Made by a program: the position numbers and the translations under genes
Notes under the pieces: generated by a model
Seen by the model: only the letters and a program-made list of their open reading frames with translations
Told to the model about the DNA's origin: nothing
The model's database searches: none
In this document: piece by piece, positions 1 to 7,061 of the stretch
How the letters are laid out: the number at the start of each line of letters is the position of its first letter
Numbering within the stretch: position 1 is the first letter of the stretch
Assembly (NCBI GenBank): GCA_049965155.1
Contig: JBMFWP010000002.1
Coordinates: forward strand, 1 to 52,257
Source: Candidatus Micrarchaeia archaeon
Lineage (GTDB): Archaea > Micrarchaeota > Micrarchaeia > Micrarchaeales > Micrarchaeaceae
Length of the DNA: 52,257 nt
Direction: 5' to 3'

Positions 1-628
1 CGAGCAGCTGTATCGTGCTTGCAGGCATTGTCGCCATCTTCTCCATTGATCCGGCTTTGCTAAGCATCTCAGCCATTATCTTATCGTCGGTAAGGTATAC
101 CGAATTTGGCATCAGAGCCGTAGCGGTTGCCTTTATATAATCAGATAGCCTGTCCAATGTGTCCTGCGTAAGCCTGAGGTACTCGGAGAATGATGATATC
201 GCCTTTGATTCTTCCTCACTAGGGTTTCTCCCGGAGCTGTTCTTGACCTTTTCGAACGCTTCTCTAGCGCTCTCTTCATCTCCCAACGCCTTGCCGAGCC
301 TGTCCTCGCTCATGTCGTGATCAGCCAGCATCTTTACAAGCTCCACCAGGCTCGAAGGGTTAGTTATCTTTATCTCAGGCACATATAGGCCGAACCACTC
401 GCTCAGCCTTTCGAACACAAGGTTGTAGCCCTTTGACATGTCGAGGTAAGCGTTTATTGCCTGCATCAGGGCGAACTCCTCGTTGGAGTACTTCTCCTTT
501 ATCTGTCCTTTCACCTGGTTTAGCAGCGTGCTGTGCAGGTCCGTGCCCGCTTCACCATCATGGCTTGCGCCAGCTTCAGAATCTTCCAATATAACACCGC
601 ATCGAAATGCAACAAGACTTATTGACAT
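1..628 (-). CDS. nop5: Nop5 (Nop56/58) box C/D RNP scaffold protein; C-terminal part runs off the window
   Basis: Not in the ORF track because there is no stop inside the window. Hand translation of the minus strand from ATG 628-626, preceded by an in-frame TAG, gives MSISLVAFRCGVILEDSEAG...EFALMQAINAYLDMSKGYNLVFERLSEWFGLYVPEI...KMATMPASTIQLL. This matches the NOSIC/Nop-domain signatures (..RLREWY..HFPEL.. and ..MPSSTIQ.LGAEKALF). Confidence 0.85.
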   Translation of the reverse strand, partial: MSISLVAFRCGVILEDSEAGASHDGEAGTDLHSTLLNQVKGQIKEKYSNEEFALMQAINAYLDMSKGYNLVFERLSEWFGLYVPEIKITNPSSLVELVKMLADHDMSEDRLGKALGDEESAREAFEKVKNSSGRNPSEEESKAISSFSEYLRLTQDTLDRLSDYIKATATALMPNSVYLTDDKIMAEMLSKAGSMEKMATMPASTIQLL

Positions 629-696
629 CTAACTTATAAATATGTTAGGTAAAACGTTGTGCAGGAACCCTTGCATTGGTATATGCTGTAGGCCCA

Positions 697-882
697 CTAA
701 GCTTTCTGCTTCTGTGTATCGTGCTTTTTTTCCTTTGCCTCCTTCTTGTTGAACTTCCTCTTCATCTGCACGTCGTTCTTGAAGCATCTGCTCGAGCAAT
801 AGTACTTTATCAGGCCCGTGTTGTAGACGAACATAGTGCCTGTGCCTTTCTTTATCTCAGCAGAACAGTATGCACACTTCAT
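697..882 (-). CDS. rpl24e: 50S ribosomal protein L24e
   Basis: 61 aa, MKCAYCSAEIKKGTGTMFVYNTGLIKYYCSSRCFKN. This is the zinc-ribbon C..C...C..C pattern typical of L24e. It sits in the conserved L7Ae-S28e-L24e order. Confidence 0.9.
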   Translation of the reverse strand: MKCAYCSAEIKKGTGTMFVYNTGLIKYYCSSRCFKNDVQMKRKFNKKEAKEKKHDTQKQKA

Positions 883-892
883 TATAGCACCA

Positions 893-1138
893 TCACTTCA
901 CGCGTATTTCCCTTGCTTCTCTGTTTGTATCGGGCAGCCTTACTTTATCCCCTATCTTCACCGGGCCGAGCATATTCCTTCTTATGATTCTATCCTTGTC
1001 CCTCCCTTCGAGTATCTTGCAGCTCACCGAGTATATCTCGCCGTAAATGCCTGTCTTTCTTGCCCGCACAACATCTACTATCTCGGCTAGATAGCCTGAG
1101 AAATTCATCGATGGTGGGGGTTGTTGCTGGTCTGCCAT
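893..1138 (-). CDS. rps28e: 30S ribosomal protein S28e
   Basis: 81 aa. The motif ..GEIYSVSCKILEGRDKDRIIRRNMLGPVKIGDKVRLPDTNREAREI matches the S28e consensus (RNVkGPVreGDil.L.EtEREAR). Confidence 0.9.
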   Translation of the reverse strand: MADQQQPPPSMNFSGYLAEIVDVVRARKTGIYGEIYSVSCKILEGRDKDRIIRRNMLGPVKIGDKVRLPDTNREAREIRVK

Positions 1139-1151
1139 ATTGCATCATCAT

Positions 1152-1523
1152 TTACTTTTGCTGCTTTCCTGTCACAAGTGATATAACCTCCTTTATCGCG
1201 CTGTCGGCATTGCCCCTGCCTTCCACTGCGACTGCTGCGCAAGGGGTGTTGAGGCCTATGCTCTTGCCTAAGTCCGCCTTCTTTGGCACGTAGCTGTACG
1301 CTATGCCCTTCTGCTCGCACAAGCCTGGCAGGTGCATAACCACTTCTTCAGGCTCTATGTCCTCTGCTATAACAACAAATGTGGCAAGGCCGCGTTCAAC
1401 GCTCTTCGTTACCTCATTAACACCTTTCTTTATCGTCCCTGACTGCTTAGCTAGCTGCAATGCCTCGTAGGTCTTTGAAGCCGCTTCCTCTACCACTTCG
1501 AATTTCACGTATGATTTTGCCAT
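1152..1523 (-). CDS. rpl7ae: 50S ribosomal protein L7Ae (K-turn binding)
   Basis: MAKSYVKFEVVEEAASKTYEALQLAKQSGTIKKGVNEVTKSVERGLATFVVIAEDIEPEEVV is classic L7Ae/L30e-fold sequence. The ORF track starts at GTG 1532. ATG 1523 is preferred because GGTGA (Shine-Dalgarno-like) lies 6 nt upstream of it. Confidence 0.9.
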   Translation of the reverse strand: MAKSYVKFEVVEEAASKTYEALQLAKQSGTIKKGVNEVTKSVERGLATFVVIAEDIEPEEVVMHLPGLCEQKGIAYSYVPKKADLGKSIGLNTPCAAVAVEGRGNADSAIKEVISLVTGKQQK

Positions 1524-1636
1524 AATGTTCACCGTCGGTTTTTACGTCATCCAGTAAATACAAATAACGAGCCGTAATTATAGTTCTATCAAAAACATAT
1601 ATAAAGCTAATGCAATCCCGATTAACGGAAGCAAGC

Positions 1637-3829
1637 TCAGTCGAGGAACTGCTCTGGCGTCGGCGGCTCAACCGGCAACCCCTTCCTCGTCCTTATGTCC
1701 CTCACTACTTTCGGCTGAAGGTCCTTCGGCAGCTTCTCGTAACCTGCGAACTCCTCATACCATATCGCCCTTCCTTGAGTCAGGCTCCGGAGATCGTTAG
1801 AGAATCCCTTTATTACTTCAGCGAAAGGCATCTTTGCGTGCACGGTCACGAGCTCCCTGTCCTGCTCTATGTCCAGTATCTGCCCGCGCTTGCCCTGCAG
1901 GAACGAAACCACATCGGATAGCGTGTCCTGTGGTATGTTTATCATGAACTTTTGCTTCGGCTCGAGGAGCACAACCCCGGAAGTCAGCATTGCTGCATAT
2001 ATTGCGTTCCTTACTGCAGGTATTATCTGTGCTGGCCCTCTGTGCACTGGGTCCTCATGTATGGTTGCATCTATGATATTGACCATCACTCCAGCGCACT
2101 TCTCCCTAGCCAGTGGACCATCTCTGACTGCGTTGTTGAACGCCTCTATCGCGAGCTCCATCACTTCATTGAGGTACTGCACCCCGTGGGTAGCGTCTAC
2201 AAAAAGGTTGTGGTTGTTTATCTGTACCACGTTCTTTGCAGTCTGCCTGTCCAGGCCAGCTTTTATCATAAGGTCTATCACGGTCTGCCCCTTCGGCTTG
2301 CCGTTCTTTATCCCCTCCTCTTCCAGTGCATCCTGCACCGCCTGTGGCACAGGCCCTACTGTTATGTAGAACTTCGAATGCTTGTTGGGCGATTTTCCTA
2401 TCACAGGCCCAGCGTCCTTCTCTATGGTCTCGGTATAGACCACGATTGGCTCGCTCGTTATTATTGGAATCTTGAAGTCATCCTTGAGCCTTGTCTCCTT
2501 TATCTCCAGGTGCAGCTCTCCCATACCACTTATAAGGTGCTCCCCTGTTTCTTGGTTTATCTCGACAACCATTGTAGGATCTTCCTTCTGCATTATCCTT
2601 AGTGCTTCTATAAGCTTCGTAGTGTCCTTAGGGTCCTTTGGCTCTATCGCCTTGGTCACTACCGGCTTCGAGTAGTGCACAATCTGCTCGAACGGCTCGA
2701 GGTCGCCCTCGCTCAACGTATCTCCTACGGTGGGGTCGCTAAGGCCTACCAATGCTGCTATGTTCCCTGCTGGAACGTCATCAACTATAATTTTGTCAGG
2801 CCCCATGTAGAGTGCAACTTGCTGTACGCGCTGCTTCTCTATCTTGCCCGACATCTTGAGCTCTATGCCCTTTCTTACTGTCCCCGAAAAGACTCTGCAT
2901 ATCGCAACTTCGCCGCTGTGCGGGTCGTACATTATCTTTATTATGACAGCATTTACACGCGCCTTAGCATCCGTCGCTAGCATCGCCTTGCCATCTTCGC
3001 TGTCAAGATTGCCGTGCCATATCTGTGGCAGCCTATACCTCTGCGCCTCCTCCGGGCTCGGCAGGTGCTTTATTATCATCGGAAGGATTGCGTCCTCTAT
3101 GGGCGCTATCTGCTCGAGCTTCTCCTGGTTTCCTGCAGCAGTGTATTCGAAGACATCCTTAAACGAAACCTTCTTCTGCCTCATCACGTCCACAGACACG
3201 GCCCACCTCTTCATCGCGGAACCGAAGCATACGCTCCCATTCTCCACACTGACCTTCCATTTCTCAGCGTATTCGACTGGCGCATAGTTCTCTATGAGCC
3301 TGTTTATGTTGTTTATGAGCTCGAGAAGGCGCTCCTGCGTCTGCTCTGGCGTCAGCCTGAGCTCGTTGAGCAGCCTGTCGACTTTGTTGACGAATAGGAC
3401 AGGCCTGGCTTTCTCCTTCATCGCCTGCCTGAGCACTGTCTCGGTCTGTGGCATGACACCCTCTACAGGGTCTACTACCAGCACGACTCCGTCCACTGCC
3501 CTCATCGCCCGTGTCACGTCGCCCCCGAAGTCGACGTGCCCTGGTGTGTCAATCAGGTTTATTATGTAATCTTTCTCCTCAAAGTTGAATCCCAATGATA
3601 TGTAAGCGGATTTTACGGTCATCCTTCTTTCCTTCTCAACCTCCTCGTAGTTCGTGTATAAGAGGTCGCCAGCCGATGACCGTGGTATAAGGCCCGCCTT
3701 GGCAAGAAGCGAGTCCGTCAAAGTAGTCTTGCCGTGGTGTACGTGAGCAATTATAGCTATGTTCCTTATCATAGATATATTGTTCATTATCTTCGTAATC
3801 TCCTCTACAACATACTCTTTCCTTACCAT
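1637..3829 (-). CDS. fusA: Translation elongation factor 2 (aEF-2)
   Basis: 730 aa. G1 motif AHVHHGKTTL, DTPGHVDF, NKVDR, and the diphthamide-region motif HEDPVHRGPAQIIPA. It lies downstream of S12-S7 as in the archaeal str operon. Confidence 0.95.
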   Translation of the reverse strand: MVRKEYVVEEITKIMNNISMIRNIAIIAHVHHGKTTLTDSLLAKAGLIPRSSAGDLLYTNYEEVEKERRMTVKSAYISLGFNFEEKDYIINLIDTPGHVDFGGDVTRAMRAVDGVVLVVDPVEGVMPQTETVLRQAMKEKARPVLFVNKVDRLLNELRLTPEQTQERLLELINNINRLIENYAPVEYAEKWKVSVENGSVCFGSAMKRWAVSVDVMRQKKVSFKDVFEYTAAGNQEKLEQIAPIEDAILPMIIKHLPSPEEAQRYRLPQIWHGNLDSEDGKAMLATDAKARVNAVIIKIMYDPHSGEVAICRVFSGTVRKGIELKMSGKIEKQRVQQVALYMGPDKIIVDDVPAGNIAALVGLSDPTVGDTLSEGDLEPFEQIVHYSKPVVTKAIEPKDPKDTTKLIEALRIMQKEDPTMVVEINQETGEHLISGMGELHLEIKETRLKDDFKIPIITSEPIVVYTETIEKDAGPVIGKSPNKHSKFYITVGPVPQAVQDALEEEGIKNGKPKGQTVIDLMIKAGLDRQTAKNVVQINNHNLFVDATHGVQYLNEVMELAIEAFNNAVRDGPLAREKCAGVMVNIIDATIHEDPVHRGPAQIIPAVRNAIYAAMLTSGVVLLEPKQKFMINIPQDTLSDVVSFLQGKRGQILDIEQDRELVTVHAKMPFAEVIKGFSNDLRSLTQGRAIWYEEFAGYEKLPKDLQPKVVRDIRTRKGLPVEPPTPEQFLD

Positions 3830-3853
3830 TATAACACGCCTTTGATTCCAGCC

Positions 3854-4633
3854 TTACTTCGCGCTCCTTGCCATGCGCTCTATCTCGTTCTTGCGCTTTA
3901 TCGAATAGCTGTTAGGGTCGTTCTTAGAAGCAAGAATCAGCTCGTTAGCGAGTGCGTCTACTATTGTCCTCTTCTTCTTGAAAGCGTCGAGTATGGAAGC
4001 CATTGCTATGTTCCTCAGCGATATGTCGAGCCTGCGGCTTGCGCTCACGTCAACCGCAACATTCGACACTATGCCTCCGTAACGCACCCTTGTGGTGTCG
4101 TCTATTGGGGCACTGTTTTCCAGTGCCTCTACGAGCACCTGCAGAGGGTTCTGCCCAGTGCGCTTGTTAACTTGTGTGAATGCGTTCTCCAGTATGTGCA
4201 TTACCTTTATCTTCTTGCCCTGCAGCCTTCCCTTTGTCCTTATAGTCTTGCCACCTACCTTGCCTCCCGTGCCTCCCCGCATCAGCGAGTTTTCCAGCCT
4301 CTCGACAATGTTGATGTTGGTTTTTGAAAACATCTTTTGGCTGTCCCTCCTGAAGCTTGTTGGGTATTCCAACGGCTTCAAGTTTATATAGTTCTGCAGG
4401 CTTAAGTCCTCTACCTTGACATCATAGCTGTATTTGCCGAACAGCAGCCTCTCATTGCTATCTATCATCGGTATATTTCCTTTTAGTGTTGAAGCCTTGG
4501 CCGGCTTTGCAGCACCCTTAGCTGTGCGCCTGCGCGGTTTCTTCGCCGGCTCCAGCTTTGCCTCTGATTTCTCGGTAGCCGCATCTGTTTTATCTTTTGC
4601 AATGCCTTGCGTTTCGTTTATTTCAGCTGCCAT
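3854..4633 (-). CDS. rps7: 30S ribosomal protein S7 with a ~55-aa Lys/Ala-rich N-terminal extension
   Basis: The core from ..LLFGKYSYDVKVEDLSLQNYINLKP.. to ..YSIKRKNEIERMARSAK is S7/S5e-like. The longest ORF adds MAAEINETQGIAKDK...AKKPRRRTAKGAAKPAKAST. An alternative start at MIDSNER (about 4468) would give a canonical length. Confidence 0.9.
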   Translation of the reverse strand: MAAEINETQGIAKDKTDAATEKSEAKLEPAKKPRRRTAKGAAKPAKASTLKGNIPMIDSNERLLFGKYSYDVKVEDLSLQNYINLKPLEYPTSFRRDSQKMFSKTNINIVERLENSLMRGGTGGKVGGKTIRTKGRLQGKKIKVMHILENAFTQVNKRTGQNPLQVLVEALENSAPIDDTTRVRYGGIVSNVAVDVSASRRLDISLRNIAMASILDAFKKKRTIVDALANELILASKNDPNSYSIKRKNEIERMARSAK

Positions 4634-4639
4634 TATAAA

Positions 4640-5068
4640 TCATCTCTTGGGCTTGTCTATAACCCCCTTTCTTACCAGGTCTAAATCAGCACCATTTATC
4701 TCCGATACCTTGTACTTCATGCCCGGTATGCATCCCATCTGGCCTCTCTGCGATCCACCGAGCCCCTCAATTGTTACTTCGTCGTGCTCATCTATAAAGT
4801 TTATCGATCCGTCACCTGGCACGAATGCGCCTACTACTTTGTTATTTTTTATAAGCTGCACGCGCACACACTTTATATGGCCAGAATGCGGCTGCTTCTG
4901 CTCAACTATGAACTTCTGCAGGACAAGGCCTGTTGCCCTAGGCACAGTGCCCATAGGGTCGTACTTGTCCTTGAGCTTGAACATCTTTCTCTTCTCCCAT
5001 TTCTTCAGCAGCCTCTGCTTCTTCCTCTGCCTAAGCAGCTTCCTTGCAGCAAATTCTCCATTTGGCAT
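4640..5068 (-). CDS. rps12: 30S ribosomal protein S12 (S23e)
   Basis: 142 aa. ..PHSGHIKCVRVQLIKNNKVVGAFVPGDGSINFIDEHDEVTIEGLGG.. is the archaeal S12 consensus. Confidence 0.95.
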   Translation of the reverse strand: MPNGEFAARKLLRQRKKQRLLKKWEKRKMFKLKDKYDPMGTVPRATGLVLQKFIVEQKQPHSGHIKCVRVQLIKNNKVVGAFVPGDGSINFIDEHDEVTIEGLGGSQRGQMGCIPGMKYKVSEINGADLDLVRKGVIDKPKR

Positions 5069-5079
5069 AAAATATCACT

Positions 5080-5394
5080 TCACTCTTTGTTTACAGATTC
5101 AAGTATCTTCGAGTTACCCGGCTCTATTACCGAAAGGAAAGCTACCGGGAACGGCTTTCCACAAACCGCACCTAGCTCTACTGCATTACCATTAAACTCG
5201 ACTATTTTGACTCCTGCGAGAGACGCTATGTGCTCTATTTCAAGCTTGTTGCCCTTGCTGTTGACCGAAGCCATGACTACAAGCTTTGAGCTGCTGTTGC
5301 GTATTGACTTTGCTACGCTACGCATGCCCAATGCGGTGTTGCCGCTTTCGACAGCTAGGCGTATGTCATTGGTTATGTCAGCCATAAAAACCAT
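5080..5394 (-). CDS. rpl30e: 50S ribosomal protein L30e
   Basis: 104 aa. ..ESGNTALGMRSVAKSIRNSSSKLVVMASV...ELGAVCGKPFPVAFLSVIEPGNSKI is the L30e pattern. It lies immediately upstream of S12 as in the archaeal rpo/str cluster, but with no NusA in between. Confidence 0.85.
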   Translation of the reverse strand: MVFMADITNDIRLAVESGNTALGMRSVAKSIRNSSSKLVVMASVNSKGNKLEIEHIASLAGVKIVEFNGNAVELGAVCGKPFPVAFLSVIEPGNSKILESVNKE

Positions 5395-5513
5395 CAGAAA
5401 TATTAGAACCGAAAAAGCGGTCTAGAAATGCACTCTATAATTTCTATAAAGAAAGATATATAAGTATTGCTACGTAAAGCGTCACAGCCGCCGCATAAAC
5501 GCATCTGTGCATC

Positions 5514-5966
5514 TCAGTATCTTCTCAAGCCGATTCCTGCCTCAGCCTTGATGTCCCTTATGGCTGCACGCTTCTCTTTTGAGGCAGCGTTGGGCTTGTA
5601 GTACCTTGAATAAAGGTCTTCTATGCCTTTTGTATCACCAATACTAGCATGGATGTCTACTAGGTACACTAGAGGTCCAACCAGATAATCTGCATATAAA
5701 ACCAAAAGCTTCACTGCATGTGTTGCAACTTCGTCCCCAAGCGCCTGCCTCCAGAACGGTATTAACCGCTTATATCCATCATAAAGCAAATCATTATACT
5801 TCCAAAACGGCATGGAAAAGAATTTTGAGACAGGGCCTTTATTGCACTCATTCCATACCTCTTCTCTAGCCTTTTCGTAGAAATCTGCGCTGTCCTTGGC
5901 AGTCCTTATATACCCTTTTAATCTGGAAAGCGTTGTAGCTTTTGGGATACTCTCTTCTGTATTCAA
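5514..5966 (-). CDS. Hypothetical protein (150 aa, predicted soluble, helical, Trp/Tyr-rich)
   Basis: ORF with no motif I recognise. It lies 63 nt downstream of the NTase-motif gene on the same strand. Its composition is more AT-rich than the flanking core genes. Confidence 0.5.
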   Translation of the reverse strand: MNTEESIPKATTLSRLKGYIRTAKDSADFYEKAREEVWNECNKGPVSKFFSMPFWKYNDLLYDGYKRLIPFWRQALGDEVATHAVKLLVLYADYLVGPLVYLVDIHASIGDTKGIEDLYSRYYKPNAASKEKRAAIRDIKAEAGIGLRRY

Positions 5967-6029
5967 AAAATCACCCTGATAATCGCGGCCATCTAGATAT
6001 ATATTATTTTTGTTTGCGCTGTGAATAAA

Positions 6030-6893
6030 TCATGAGTCTTTTGGCGGTTTCGGAAAGATTGAGAGTTTACCCTCTTTGACTAGCTTTTCCCTATCATCAA
6101 CATGCAGATGTTTCGACATTTCAAAGGCAAGCTTTTCGGACTTTTCTGCTGGCATACCTTCAACCCCTATGCCTACCGAGTTGCGAAGCACATACTTTTC
6201 ATAATACAAGCCTAAGCCCTTATAATTTGTATAAAGAAGTATGAAGCTGAACATAGGGGCATTGGAATCATTAGCCTTCTTTATTATACCTTCTTTGAAG
6301 TCGACAAAGTTCGCCCAGAAATTTCCTTTCGCTTTAGATATATTGCGCCTAACTTCGTCCTTTAAATTCTTCCATTCTCCTGGTTGAGTAAAAGGCTTAC
6401 TATTTAGTAGGATTATGTCTATATCGTCATGATTCGAGGGGTAGCCATTCTTATCGAAGTATGAGCCGCGACCCAATGCTGCATCTATCAGCCCCTCTGA
6501 ATGCATCTCTGAAAGCATTGCTTTAATACTCTCTAATTCTGCATCCAGCTTTCCCTTTCTGCGCAAAGCCAATAGCTTCTCTTTTTCTAATCGCGCCTTT
6601 GCCGCACGCTTTTCTGAAGTTTTTGCAACTATCGCTATGTCGCTCTTCAAAGAGTCATAAATCCACTGCTCATACGGTCTGGGGTGCGTAGCAAGAACGA
6701 AGACATGGTTAGAAATCAAATTAATATCTGCAGAGCCTCGAGCCAATATGGGCGTGGATAGCGGATACTCTTTTCGCAACAAACTTGCCAGCCAAACCCT
6801 CTCAGGATCCTTAGTTACCCATTTGGCTTCGCTCTCGCTCGGTGCAACTGTTATGCTGTCAGCAATCCAATTTATGCCTTTGAACACTTTCAT
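6030..6893 (-). CDS. Hypothetical protein with a central Pol-beta-superfamily (minimal) nucleotidyltransferase motif
   Basis: 287 aa. ..LGRGSYFDKNGYPSNHDDIDIILL.. fits hG[GS]-x(9-13)-D-h-[DE]-h, and a downstream ..NFVDF.. could supply the third acidic residue. The motif is flanked by a ~90-aa N-terminal domain, a Lys/Glu-rich coiled linker and a ~90-aa C-terminal region of unknown type. Confidence 0.5.
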   Translation of the reverse strand: MKVFKGINWIADSITVAPSESEAKWVTKDPERVWLASLLRKEYPLSTPILARGSADINLISNHVFVLATHPRPYEQWIYDSLKSDIAIVAKTSEKRAAKARLEKEKLLALRRKGKLDAELESIKAMLSEMHSEGLIDAALGRGSYFDKNGYPSNHDDIDIILLNSKPFTQPGEWKNLKDEVRRNISKAKGNFWANFVDFKEGIIKKANDSNAPMFSFILLYTNYKGLGLYYEKYVLRNSVGIGVEGMPAEKSEKLAFEMSKHLHVDDREKLVKEGKLSIFPKPPKDS

Positions 6894-7061
6894 TCAGAAT
6901 CATGTAAGGCTTTGGTGATGGAAATATATATTCATTCATATATTGCTGAAATTTACGCTAACAATGCGTTATGATGTGGGTACTGGTTGTTTGCATGCAT
7001 GGCACTATTAGTCACTTTGCTGAATCTTATAGGTACACTTTCCCCTCAGAAAAAATAGCAG

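Noticed and set aside
1524-1560. GGAUGACG...CGGUGAAC in the L7Ae leader, considered as a box C/D-like K-turn for L7Ae autoregulation.
   Set aside because: I could not pair the two halves into a C-stem, 3-nt bulge and tandem G.A geometry. The positions opposite the U.U pair give G.G and A.G clashes, and the flanks are not complementary. GGTGA 6 nt before ATG 1523 is better explained as a Shine-Dalgarno element, as also seen before rpl23, rpl2 and the two small basic genes.
5514-5966. The 150-aa partner protein considered as a HEPN toxin (MNT-HEPN pair).
   Set aside because: No R-x4-6-H motif is present. The only Arg...His spacing near a helix is R73-x9-H83. I kept it as an unknown helical partner rather than calling it HEPN.
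6916-7024. Possible box C/D sRNA in the gap upstream of the NTase gene: GTGATGG...CTGA (6916-6949) and ATGATGT...CTGA (6972-7024).
   Set aside because: The boxes deviate from RUGAUGA. The spacers (about 24 and 42 nt) do not fit the tight ~12-nt C-D'/C'-D spacing of archaeal sRNAs. There is no terminal stem.
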